Below the pieces are notes generated by a model. It was not told the origin of the DNA. It did not search any database and saw nothing but the letters and a program-made list of their open reading frames with translations. A program made the position numbers and the translations under genes. A DNA stretch of 64,000 nucleotides from the sequence record NC_070882.1, one strand, 5' to 3'. Within the stretch, counting starts at the first letter, position 1; every line of letters begins with the position of its first letter. Below are positions 38,086-47,266 of the stretch, in pieces.

Positions 38086-38601
38086 ATGGACAAACCAGAG
38101 CTGTTGTATCATGGCTCTCTCTACAAACAGAAGGAACTCATGCCTGGCTTTAAAAGGTCCGGTAAGTTAACAGTGTGGGATGGGGTTGAGTCTAACCTAA
38201 ATCTTTATGCTACCTCTGTCAAACGAGAAGCTGAACTACTTGGAATAGGTAGTGCTGTAGAAAAAGAGTTTAACTCTGATCGCTTCGTTGAGATCAATGG
38301 TGATATATGGATCTTCTCCGATCGATTAATCACACTTGAAGAATTCCTCAAGTTGACGATTTATGTTTACACTATTCCCTTCCGCGATTCAGATGGATGG
38401 CAGAAGAATAATAATCCGTATAACAACATTGATACGGAATGGACCACTCGGAATACTATCCACAATGTCACAGTTGAAGAGGTAGACCTTCGTGAAGTTA
38501 TGAAGGGTAAAGTTGTTACTTCGACCACTGCACCCATGGATACCGATTTCAAGGTTCTTCTGCGTCGATATCCGAAAGACGTATTGATGTATAAATTCTG
38601 A
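38086..38601 (+). CDS. putative ADP-ribosyltransferase-fold protein
   Basis: LYHGS...LMPG...LYATS...A pattern resembles Arr-type ARTs; followed by hairpin 38600-38619. Confidence 0.5.
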   Translation: MDKPELLYHGSLYKQKELMPGFKRSGKLTVWDGVESNLNLYATSVKREAELLGIGSAVEKEFNSDRFVEINGDIWIFSDRLITLEEFLKLTIYVYTIPFRDSDGWQKNNNPYNNIDTEWTTRNTIHNVTVEEVDLREVMKGKVVTSTTAPMDTDFKVLLRRYPKDVLMYKF

Positions 38602-38642
38602 GAGCTCTTCGGAGCTCTCTTTATTCCGTCACGAGGTTTGAT

Positions 38643-38879
38643 ATGCTGACAGTTATCTTTAAGAGACATGACAAGCGTCATGAGCTCTGTATTGACAATC
38701 CTGAAGATCTTATCGCTCTGTTGATTGTATTGCAGAATAGCGATGAGGTCAGTGAATATAAAGTTATTAACTCCGATTCAGGTGTAGTTAAAGACTTTAA
38801 GGTTTCTTTTGGTTGGGGTAATGAGTTCTTTAGTAAGAATGCTCCTGATGGTTTCACCTGGAGCAATAACCTTATCTAA
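38643..38879 (+). CDS. hypothetical protein
   Basis: RBS GAGGT. Confidence 0.7.
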   Translation: MLTVIFKRHDKRHELCIDNPEDLIALLIVLQNSDEVSEYKVINSDSGVVKDFKVSFGWGNEFFSKNAPDGFTWSNNLI

Positions 38880-39121
38880 AAAAAGATAAGGAATTTTATA
38901 CTGGATCACCTTGATCTAATGAGGGGGAGATTACCCCTCTTTATTCTTCTTTTAATATACACTAGCTTTAGGTACATCCGAAATGAGTATTAAACTCCCA
39001 ATACAATCCAGCATAATAGTTCCTCGGATAGCAGCTACCTCAAGAGTAGCTGTACCGAGTAAGAATACACTCCCCACCCCCGTTGTATGTAATTACTTTA
39101 ACCAAAAGAGGAAAATGCGAC

Positions 39122-39919
39122 ATGGCTAAATTCATTGGTATCTACGACCGTTTCGATATGGAGAAGGTCAAACAGGTTTTCAAGCTAACTGAACTTGACG
39201 ATCTGGAAATCATTCCCTGTAATGGAGAGAACTTGCTGACTGGTGTAGTCGCTTACACTGGTGGTAACATCAGTCGTTATATGGAAGAGCAGCTTCATCA
39301 GGCTAAACTGATTCTGAATGGCCTCGGTATCTATTGCGAACACAATGAAGTCGACGTAGAAGATTCCAGCGCCACTAAGGTATACCTTGGACCGCATGGT
39401 GATCTGTATCTGCTTTGTAAGAGCCATGTAGACTTCTTCGGAATGTCCCGTGAAGAAACCTGTTCACTGGGTATTGGTGATGGGTTCGCTCGTCCTGTTC
39501 AAATCCGTACCGACAACAACGAACACCTGTTCATTCGTGAGTTCTACTTCATGGGTGAACATAACGCACTGCGAAATGCTCGCCGCTATTTGCAACACAT
39601 CGTTCGCCGGAGCCGGCTCCTGAAAGAATCGGATATGGAGGAGATTTCTCGTCGAGCTGCTGGTAAGGTTACCATCATCGGTATTACCAGCCATGGTGTT
39701 GTCTACGATCTGGTTTCTCCGAAAGCGATCAAACAAATCCGCGATACTCAATGGCGTCTGGATCCGATTGCTGAGCGTGTGGCTGGCTACACGATCTATC
39801 AGGTTACCAGTAAATGCCGTGAACTTCCGGTAGCAACTAAATGGTCTCTGTTGGCTCTGGCTGATCGAGACTATCGTGATGCTGTTAACCAATTCCTCCC
39901 GGAACAAGGTACCGAATAA
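39122..39919 (+). CDS. hypothetical protein
   Basis: RBS GAGGA; start moved to MAKF. Confidence 0.75.
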   Translation: MAKFIGIYDRFDMEKVKQVFKLTELDDLEIIPCNGENLLTGVVAYTGGNISRYMEEQLHQAKLILNGLGIYCEHNEVDVEDSSATKVYLGPHGDLYLLCKSHVDFFGMSREETCSLGIGDGFARPVQIRTDNNEHLFIREFYFMGEHNALRNARRYLQHIVRRSRLLKESDMEEISRRAAGKVTIIGITSHGVVYDLVSPKAIKQIRDTQWRLDPIAERVAGYTIYQVTSKCRELPVATKWSLLALADRDYRDAVNQFLPEQGTE

Positions 39920-40128
39920 TGTACTCTATCGCCTGGAATCAACTCGTTGATGATATTCTCAGTAAAGGCGTACTGCCTGTAACCATGAAAGCTGAAGCTG
40001 AGATGCCCACTCGGGCAAGACCACAGGTGATAACAGCATACGCGGACGGGATCTTCCCCGTCCGTGATATGTCGTGTCTTCCACATTCTCGTAAATCAGT
40101 TTATTACAAACAAGGAAATGAAGTATGA
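39919..40128 (+). CDS. hypothetical protein
   Basis: TAATG-coupled. Confidence 0.65.
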   Translation: MYSIAWNQLVDDILSKGVLPVTMKAEAEMPTRARPQVITAYADGIFPVRDMSCLPHSRKSVYYKQGNEV

Positions 40129-40466
40129 ACGCTATCGAACAAGTAAACGCTGTTGAACATGATGAGTACGTCGATCTGGTTTTCCCGTACATGATCGAGG
40201 ATTTGGCTAACGCTGTCGATGGTGTTAACATCGCTGCATTGGAAGGTTTGGATTATCACATCGATAAGGCCCGCCAATACAAGGAAGAATGGGAACAGGC
40301 TGGTCTGAGTTTCAACCGTGCTTCTCTGATCTACCTTCTGACCTTTATGCGTGTATTCATTCAGGATACCCCGAAGCACGAATCCTGTCAGTGGGTCATC
40401 AACAACTACGAGACTTATCTGCCGTTCTTGGAACGCGGTGAAGCCATCCATATTTTGGAGGAGTGA
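40125..40466 (+). CDS. hypothetical protein
   Basis: ATGA-coupled. Confidence 0.75.
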   Translation: MNAIEQVNAVEHDEYVDLVFPYMIEDLANAVDGVNIAALEGLDYHIDKARQYKEEWEQAGLSFNRASLIYLLTFMRVFIQDTPKHESCQWVINNYETYLPFLERGEAIHILEE

Positions 40467-41029
40467 ATATGAAAGGACAAATGCATTTCGCCCAGGCAGT
40501 TTTTGCCGATCAGGTTGTTTTCTTCGGTCGTAAGGATTGCGGTTTCAATACCCATGTCGTTCGCTTCCATGAAAATAACGACAACACTTACCATCCCCCG
40601 CAGGAAGAACGCAAACAGAAAATCAAGTGTATCATCATTGGTGGTGAAGATACTCTGGTTCGTCGTATTCGTGATCTGCTTTGGGATGATGATGTTGGCC
40701 GGTTTTACGATAGCTTTACTTCCGGCCATCTGAGTGAGATCCGCGCGTTGATCCAAGAAACTCATCACGATAACGGCGCTCAAGGTAACTGCCTGTTCAT
40801 TAATGAACATCATCACGTTTATGATGTGTTCTGCGGTTATACCTATAATACTTCGATTCCGTTGACGCAGTGGTATCCGGACACTGCTATTGCGAAATCG
40901 TTGTATCATGGGATGGAAACCGGAGAATTGAAGACCGTCAAACTGTCGGGCTATGTGCCTGCAATGGAGCGTGTCGGTTTGCTCGCTGCGTGCGGGTATG
41001 ATCGTTGGCGTGTAATTGACTTTGAGTGA
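40463..41029 (+). CDS. hypothetical protein
   Basis: RBS GGAGG; may start at ATG 40469. Confidence 0.75.
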   Translation: MNMKGQMHFAQAVFADQVVFFGRKDCGFNTHVVRFHENNDNTYHPPQEERKQKIKCIIIGGEDTLVRRIRDLLWDDDVGRFYDSFTSGHLSEIRALIQETHHDNGAQGNCLFINEHHHVYDVFCGYTYNTSIPLTQWYPDTAIAKSLYHGMETGELKTVKLSGYVPAMERVGLLAACGYDRWRVIDFE

Positions 41030-41238
41030 ATGAAATGACTTATCGTGTTACTGTTCGTGCTAGTGAACGAATTGAAGCTTCAGCCTTGAAAGGGCGGACT
41101 TCTTATCTCTGTGCAGAAAAGGATGAACCCCTAACTCTGCTCGGTCAGATTCCTGGGACTGATCAATTTGTGGTCAGTGTTCAGGATCGTGCACGTCCTC
41201 TGGTATTCAAAGCCAGGGAACATGAACTGAAGTTCTAG
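41026..41238 (+). CDS. hypothetical protein, SH3-like
   Basis: CAEKDEPLTLL pattern. Confidence 0.65.
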   Translation: MNEMTYRVTVRASERIEASALKGRTSYLCAEKDEPLTLLGQIPGTDQFVVSVQDRARPLVFKAREHELKF

Positions 41239-41273
41239 AAAAAGTAGACCTCTATTCTAACCGTTTAGAGGTC

Positions 41274-41281
41274 TATATTAC
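41274..41281 (+). promoter_or_regulatory. early promoter motif TATATTAC overlapping an inverted repeat
   Basis: Exact motif; IR tagacctcta/tagaggtcta at 41245-41275. Confidence 0.6.
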
Positions 41282-41317
41282 TTTTATGCCGTTAAGCTTA
41301 ACCAAAAGGAAAATGCA

Positions 41318-42145
41318 ATGAACTTCAATGAAAGTGTCACAGCTGTCATGAACATTTACGTTGATGACCGTGAAAATAAATATGCGAAATATGTAGCGCG
41401 AGCTGCGCGTGAGGAAATTAAGTCATTCAATCTGAGTGAACTCACCAAGAACCATCGGATGCGTATTTCCGATAACGTGGAACCACATCTTCTTCGTTTT
41501 CATTTGCCGGGAGAACAAACGCAAAAGCTTTACCCGTATCATCAACTGATGCGTCGTCTGGCATATATCGAAGATTTCACCCTTAATGGCGACGTTAAGG
41601 TGGATGTAAAAATCGCACGTAATGTGTATCGTCCACCACACGTCGTAAACTTCACTGAAGGATTCTGGTTCGGTCCTGAAGTTCAGTCGTACAAAATTTA
41701 CAAGAATGCCCGAGGGAGAAAGGCTGAGTTCCGTCCCGGTTACGACGATTTGATCGAAGAAATCTATGTCGTCGGTGAAGGATCCTGGGCACATAAATGT
41801 GCAGGTGAGCTTCGTCGTATTTCCCGTGAAGGTGGTAAAGAATACCGGTTCCCTATTGAGAAAATTAAAAAGCAGCAATGGCGTTATAAGTTCCTCCGCG
41901 GACAATGCTTTATCATCTTCAAGTGTTATACTGGTCTATTCATTGTGACCTATGAGCAACCTTTGTATCAACGTTATATTGGCGATGAAGAAAGGAAGAA
42001 CCTCGGTTACATGATCGGTGGGGAATATATTCCCGCACTCACTGAAAACATGCTTTCGATGGCCAACCATGAGATTATCGAGAAGCATCCGATCCAAAAT
42101 ACCTACACTCGTGGAAACTTCAGCTATGTGAGGGAGAAGAAATGA
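41318..42145 (+). CDS. hypothetical protein
   Basis: RBS AAGGA. Confidence 0.75.
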   Translation: MNFNESVTAVMNIYVDDRENKYAKYVARAAREEIKSFNLSELTKNHRMRISDNVEPHLLRFHLPGEQTQKLYPYHQLMRRLAYIEDFTLNGDVKVDVKIARNVYRPPHVVNFTEGFWFGPEVQSYKIYKNARGRKAEFRPGYDDLIEEIYVVGEGSWAHKCAGELRRISREGGKEYRFPIEKIKKQQWRYKFLRGQCFIIFKCYTGLFIVTYEQPLYQRYIGDEERKNLGYMIGGEYIPALTENMLSMANHEIIEKHPIQNTYTRGNFSYVREKK

Positions 42146-43656
42146 TTCAGGAGTTTATGTCCTGGTACAAAGAGATCATGTCGATCAATCCGACATTCGC
42201 ATCTTTAGTCGGTGTTGGTTTGGGTGGCTGGGTGCTTATGATGGCGCGAAGTTTGCCTAAGAAAATGTTCAACGCAATTCGGAATCAGGTTGTCACATCT
42301 CTGATAATGAACAATGGCGGACATGGCCCTAATGAAGAACAATGTATCGCCTTCATGAAGTGGTTCAAACAACAACCTATCGCCAGGTTCAGTCGGAAGC
42401 TATCGTTGAACTCTATGTGGAATGGTAGTCCCTCTCCTAGCACCGATATCGGCGCTGGTTTTGGTACCCATTTCTTCTTCTACAAAGGGCGCTTCTTCTG
42501 GTTCAATCGCTCTAAGCTGGATAGCTCTGGTACTCATATGGAAAAATTCCAGATTGAGATCCACGGCTTGACTAGGAACACTCAACTACTGTTAGATCTT
42601 GTAGAGGAATTCCGTGTTAAGGGAGATGATAAAGAAGTCTGCGTCATTCCATGGGAAGGCTTGCGTTGGGGTGATTCTATCCCGATTACTAAACGCGCGC
42701 TGAACACAGTTATCATGAACCGCAAACAAAAAGCGGAGATCATTGGTAAGATTGAAGAGTTCTTCTCTGGACGGGAGTGGTATGAGTCCCGTGGCATGCC
42801 GTACAAAATGTGCGCTATGCTTTCAGGTCCCCCTGGCACTGGTAAGACATCTATCGGTAAGGCAATCGCTTCGGCTTTTAATAAGAATATTTATTGGTTG
42901 TCTTTAGCCAGTATCTCCGATGAACTGCTTCGTAAAGCGGTTACGTCTATGCCTTCTGGTAGTGTTCTGATGATCGAGGACTTCGATACCAATAAGGCAG
43001 TCCAGAATCGTTCGCTTAAGAAACTGACAGCTGGCGAGGAAGATGAGTTGGATAGCCTTATCACTCAGATGGGGTTGACTAACTATCGAGTGATAGATAA
43101 TGGCGGCGGACCCATGTGTATATGGGATATACCCGGTGAAGATTTCAGTGTTGGGTATCAGCAACATAACCCAACTGAATCTCGCCAATACCGAGATGTC
43201 ATTGGAAACAGCTTTGATGCACCGGTGCCGGAAGAACCCCTTTCTAAATACATTGCCGATGACCCAATTATGCTTCGCATATGGGAACTTCATAACCGTC
43301 GTGCTAATGGAGGTGAAGAAGATACTCGCATGGGTGGCCTAACACTCTCTGGCCTGTTGAATGCCCTTGATGGTGTTGTTCCGTTGGATGGATCGCTGAT
43401 TCTTCTAACTACCAACCATCCAGAGCACCTTGATCCAGCATTGGTTCGTAAGGGCCGTGTTGATCATCAATGGGAGATCGGTCTGCTGGAGGATGCAGAA
43501 GTTCGTGATTATATCGAGCTGATGTTCCCGTCTACTCAAGTAGATAAAGGTATTGTGTTCCGTTCAATTGCCGGTTGTGATCTGCAAGCTCTGTTTGCAG
43601 AAAACCGCAATGACGTTAAAGCCTTCATCGAGTCTATCCCGAAAGATATCGTTTGA
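42142..43656 (+). CDS. membrane-anchored Bcs1-like AAA+ ATPase
   Basis: N-terminal TM; GPPGTGKTS, VLMIEDFD, TLSGLLNALDG, TTNHPEHLDPALVRKGRVD; followed by hairpin 43666-43686. Confidence 0.85.
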   Translation: MIQEFMSWYKEIMSINPTFASLVGVGLGGWVLMMARSLPKKMFNAIRNQVVTSLIMNNGGHGPNEEQCIAFMKWFKQQPIARFSRKLSLNSMWNGSPSPSTDIGAGFGTHFFFYKGRFFWFNRSKLDSSGTHMEKFQIEIHGLTRNTQLLLDLVEEFRVKGDDKEVCVIPWEGLRWGDSIPITKRALNTVIMNRKQKAEIIGKIEEFFSGREWYESRGMPYKMCAMLSGPPGTGKTSIGKAIASAFNKNIYWLSLASISDELLRKAVTSMPSGSVLMIEDFDTNKAVQNRSLKKLTAGEEDELDSLITQMGLTNYRVIDNGGGPMCIWDIPGEDFSVGYQQHNPTESRQYRDVIGNSFDAPVPEEPLSKYIADDPIMLRIWELHNRRANGGEEDTRMGGLTLSGLLNALDGVVPLDGSLILLTTNHPEHLDPALVRKGRVDHQWEIGLLEDAEVRDYIELMFPSTQVDKGIVFRSIAGCDLQALFAENRNDVKAFIESIPKDIV

Positions 43657-43731
43657 CGATATATTGCGGTGGGGAAAACCCACCGCTTTTCTCAATTAAA
43701 TAGAAAATACAAATTCTAAGAGGAGTACCTG

Positions 43732-44421
43732 ATGTACACTAATGATTCCAAGACCGCAGCGTACGAGAATACTCGCCGCCTGATCATGAAATACATGGCT
43801 GACTTCACCAATACCTCAACCCCACCTAAAGTTAAAAAGGGTTGGTATGCTTTGGTCACCCGCGATACTGGGGACGTATGGCTTGCGGAGTCTCCGTCAT
43901 TTTCTGCTGTAATGCAACGCTTCCGTTCTGGAAGTATGGCAAACATGCCGGTTGCTATTGATGAAGCAGTAAAGGCTGGCCAAAAACTGGATCTTTGGTT
44001 CTGTACTAAACCGGAGATCAATGTGGAACAACTGCGAGAAGAGTTGGATCAAAGGGATCAACTTCTGCAACGAACTGCGCCACGTAAATCTTCCAATGGT
44101 AGGGTGTTCGTCATCCGCCATGATAAGTCGGCGGATTATTTCCTGACGAAAACCCGTAATAATAATACCACGGAATATGAAGTACTGACCAAGTTCATGT
44201 ACTACATTGGTAAGATCGAACACTCTCACCATTTCCGTTCGAACAAGCTTCTTCAGAGCTTCGTTACTGAACAAGCTGAAGATATCCTGAAATGTCGGGG
44301 TTTCACTATCACCGAGGTAGCTGAGTTCAAGTCGATTGATGAAGCAATCGAGATCATGGAAAATTTCACCATCGATTCCCCTATGGGTCGATGCTTGAAT
44401 CAAAGCTTCACTCGTCATTAA
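43732..44421 (+). CDS. protein with two degenerate GIY-YIG-like units
   Basis: KGWYALVTRDTGDVWLAES and GRVFVIRHDKSADYFLTKT. Confidence 0.55.
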   Translation: MYTNDSKTAAYENTRRLIMKYMADFTNTSTPPKVKKGWYALVTRDTGDVWLAESPSFSAVMQRFRSGSMANMPVAIDEAVKAGQKLDLWFCTKPEINVEQLREELDQRDQLLQRTAPRKSSNGRVFVIRHDKSADYFLTKTRNNNTTEYEVLTKFMYYIGKIEHSHHFRSNKLLQSFVTEQAEDILKCRGFTITEVAEFKSIDEAIEIMENFTIDSPMGRCLNQSFTRH

Positions 44422-44498
44422 AATGTACTGAGGCTACATAATCTAGTGAGTGCTTATGTAGCCTCTAATCTCTTTTAAGAATTAATAGGAATAGCTCC

Positions 44499-45200
44499 AT
44501 GTCGACAAAGATCATCAATCTTCCCTTCGTACAACTGGTCCTGAAACGCATCAGTGATTATACGTTGAATCATCAGTCTGGTTTGGATGATGTACCGCAT
44601 CTGTGCGTAAAGGTAAAACATAACAACGGTTATGCCTGGTTTGGCGTTAACATTCTCAACCACGAAACTCGGGCATGGTCCAGTTTCGAGGTCGATGAAA
44701 TGAAAGCTCGTTTCCTCGAAGCAATCAATAAACTGTGCGATGTAATCGAGATCGTTACAGACGTATCACGACTGATGGAATCTATCCAAGATGTTGTAAC
44801 TGGTCGTAAGCGTCCCACCTTCTTTGGTGGCCATGGAAACGACATGATCCAAATGCACACGATCAATAACGTGCAGTTGGATGTATATCGCGAAGACATC
44901 AATTCAGACACCATGTCTTACGGAGGCTTTGCAGCTGAAGTTCGAATCAATGGTCAGGACTATCCTCTGTTCCTGTATCATCGTGGCGTTATTCTCTATC
45001 ACTACATCAATGAGGTAGATGCCAAACGACTGATCGTAGATTCGTTGACCAACAACTTTGGTGAACTGTTTGAGAATTATGAAGTTGATGAACAACATGT
45101 AAATGTATTCCGTGTAGTTGAACGCACGCGGAATAAAAATCGTAATGAGGCGGACAGTAGAACCATCCGTTCTCTGACCGATAGCCGACGGAGCGCATAA
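44499..45200 (+). CDS. hypothetical protein
   Basis: RBS AGGA. Confidence 0.75.
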   Translation: MSTKIINLPFVQLVLKRISDYTLNHQSGLDDVPHLCVKVKHNNGYAWFGVNILNHETRAWSSFEVDEMKARFLEAINKLCDVIEIVTDVSRLMESIQDVVTGRKRPTFFGGHGNDMIQMHTINNVQLDVYREDINSDTMSYGGFAAEVRINGQDYPLFLYHRGVILYHYINEVDAKRLIVDSLTNNFGELFENYEVDEQHVNVFRVVERTRNKNRNEADSRTIRSLTDSRRSA

Positions 45201-45622
45201 TGGCTTCTCAACTCATTGTTGTCGATCTCACTAAAGGTGGGCAAAAAGTCGACTTCAGTGAGTTGACTAGAGAGCCCACTGATAGTCTAATGTTCTATGT
45301 TGGAGAGGAACATGAGGCGGCCCATCTACATCAATTCTCCTATAACCCAGAATTCAGTAACTGGCAGAAACTAGAGTTCTGTATTTTCTGGGATCATCAA
45401 CATCGTCCTACAGCGGAAGATCCTCGTGTTGTAACTGACACTGAGTTATACATCCGTAAATTATGTAGACAATACGAAGTTGCCATCGATGGGTACATGT
45501 TAGGTGTTAAGCACTTTGGACAACGTACTATCGTTGAGTTCAAAATGAAGGAAGAGATAGCTACTCCTCTAACTTTAGATTGGACAAAGGTCGAACCTCC
45601 ACCTAGGGAGGTAATCGTTTAG
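45200..45622 (+). CDS. hypothetical protein
   Basis: TAATG-coupled. Confidence 0.7.
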   Translation: MASQLIVVDLTKGGQKVDFSELTREPTDSLMFYVGEEHEAAHLHQFSYNPEFSNWQKLEFCIFWDHQHRPTAEDPRVVTDTELYIRKLCRQYEVAIDGYMLGVKHFGQRTIVEFKMKEEIATPLTLDWTKVEPPPREVIV

Positions 45623-45629
45623 TTAAAGG

Positions 45630-45826
45630 TTACGCACTATCATATGCGTTTCCTGATCCTTTACGATAGCTCTTTTACAATTTGGTTAAGCTGGGCTGAA
45701 ATTCAGCGATCGACACGATGGGTTAGAGTCCCATCACCTTTAGGGGTCTTCCATCGGCTGATCCCTGTGACTAGTGTCACAACCAACCTTGAGCTCCCTC
45801 CCCTTGATCGGGGGAGGGGTTTATTT
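45630..45826 (+). ncRNA. candidate structured ncRNA of about 190 nt ending in a terminator
   Basis: Nested helices and hairpins (see findings); terminator tccctcccc/ggggagggg-TTTATTTT at 45795-45826. Confidence 0.45.
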
Positions 45827-45852
45827 TGTCTCTCGTCAATAGGAACCTTCAA

Positions 45853-46320
45853 ATGGCAGTAACTCTTAAATTCCCTTTTATGCCGTCTCTTGAGCCAGCT
45901 GAGCTTACGGCTGTCATTCGCGATATCTATCTTGATCAATGCGCGGAGAAAGGCACGACTCCTCATCCCGAAGCATTTGAGCATCAGCCGGTTGTCCATG
46001 TAACGAATATGGTACATGGCGAGGGAGAAGATGTTCACTGGGCAGAAGATAGCGATAGTGAGAATCTACATATCTGCTTTACCTGCCCGCTGACTGGCGC
46101 ACTTGCTAAGGTCGTCCAGCCTCTCAATTACACTGCCCCTATGAACAAGGTGTGTGTACGTCTCTGGATTGAGCATATGCTGCTCACCATGTTGGAACTT
46201 TTACTGTTTACTCAAATGCAAGAACAAATTACAATAATGTCCAATGCAGCAAGCGAACGACGTACTATCATAACCAAATCCATCCATGCAAAGAAGGAGC
46301 AACTCGATGCAGCTCAGTGA
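45853..46320 (+). CDS. hypothetical protein
   Basis: RBS AGGA; start MAVTLK. Confidence 0.7.
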   Translation: MAVTLKFPFMPSLEPAELTAVIRDIYLDQCAEKGTTPHPEAFEHQPVVHVTNMVHGEGEDVHWAEDSDSENLHICFTCPLTGALAKVVQPLNYTAPMNKVCVRLWIEHMLLTMLELLLFTQMQEQITIMSNAASERRTIITKSIHAKKEQLDAAQ

Positions 46321-46837
46321 TCTACGTATCCCCACTGAGATCATTCCTATTGGTCTGTGCTGTCTTTGGGCGCGCGAACAATACGTTGATCCAAATGGTA
46401 ATTATCTATTCACTGCCAAAGAGGTTATTAGAGGTATCCATCTGGATAAGATGGTGGAAGAGTTTAATAAAGCTATGCGTGAACATTTCTATCATAGCAA
46501 CCACATCGAGATCACTCTCCATGGTATCGAAATCAAAGATAACAAAGTCCATTACTTTCATCAAGAACCTGCTGTTGAGTTCTATGATAAAGTGAAAGCA
46601 CAGTATTGCAACGTTGAGCTGGCTCGTTATGATGCTGACGTAATGGACAAAGACCTGTTCTTTGATATGGTGTCGAAAGAAATCGCTGACCTGAGTAAGA
46701 TGATCATGCAGCATATCTACTTTAAGTTTGACCGAGTACAAGCGGAGACCTGGTCTCGTTACCTGCTAGCACGTGGATCTAATAAAAGAAACGGGACTGG
46801 TCTTGAGTCAGTTGACGTAGAAGTTAAACTCTCGTAA
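46307..46837 (+). CDS. hypothetical protein
   Basis: RBS AAGGAG; start MQLSD. Confidence 0.7.
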   Translation: MQLSDLRIPTEIIPIGLCCLWAREQYVDPNGNYLFTAKEVIRGIHLDKMVEEFNKAMREHFYHSNHIEITLHGIEIKDNKVHYFHQEPAVEFYDKVKAQYCNVELARYDADVMDKDLFFDMVSKEIADLSKMIMQHIYFKFDRVQAETWSRYLLARGSNKRNGTGLESVDVEVKLS

Positions 46838-46864
46838 AAGAATACTTGAGTTGTAATGATATAC

Positions 46865-47235
46865 GAGGACTAATGTCCCAACAGAACAGAGGTCACCCGG
46901 ATCATCTCCCCTAAGGCTCCCCGTCGCCATATTAGGGTGCCGCAGTGACCTCACCTTATTCCCACTAGCTTTCGGTGTAAGTGGGCTCTCTCCGCATAAG
47001 ATCGGAGAGACTAACAGCGATCCATGCCAAAGGATCAAGCCGAAGCAGGTATATTGACTTGGCCGTCTTTATATCTGAAGTTACGACGGTTACTACCTCC
47101 AGTTGAGAGGGGTATCCCCGAGTGGCGTTACCTAACCAGATGGGTGCCGACCCGTAATCGGTGCCTTAGCTGGCCAGCTTTCTGGTAAGGTAATCTAACG
47201 AATAGCCCGCTCCTCAACGGAGCGGGTTTTATTCC
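46865..47235 (+). ncRNA. candidate large multi-domain ncRNA of about 370 nt, family unknown
   Basis: No credible + ORF; at least 9 helices by eye; closes with terminator agcccgctcc/ggagcgggtt-TTATT at 47204-47233. Confidence 0.6.
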
Positions 47236-47266
47236 GTCTCAGCTTGTAAACAGGAGAATATAAAGA

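Noticed and set aside
46865-47235. tmRNA, RNase P RNA or group I/II intron identity for this island
   Set aside because: No tRNA-like ends or tag ORF, no GAGGAAAGUCC core, no P/Q/R/S or domain V motifs, and it does not interrupt a gene
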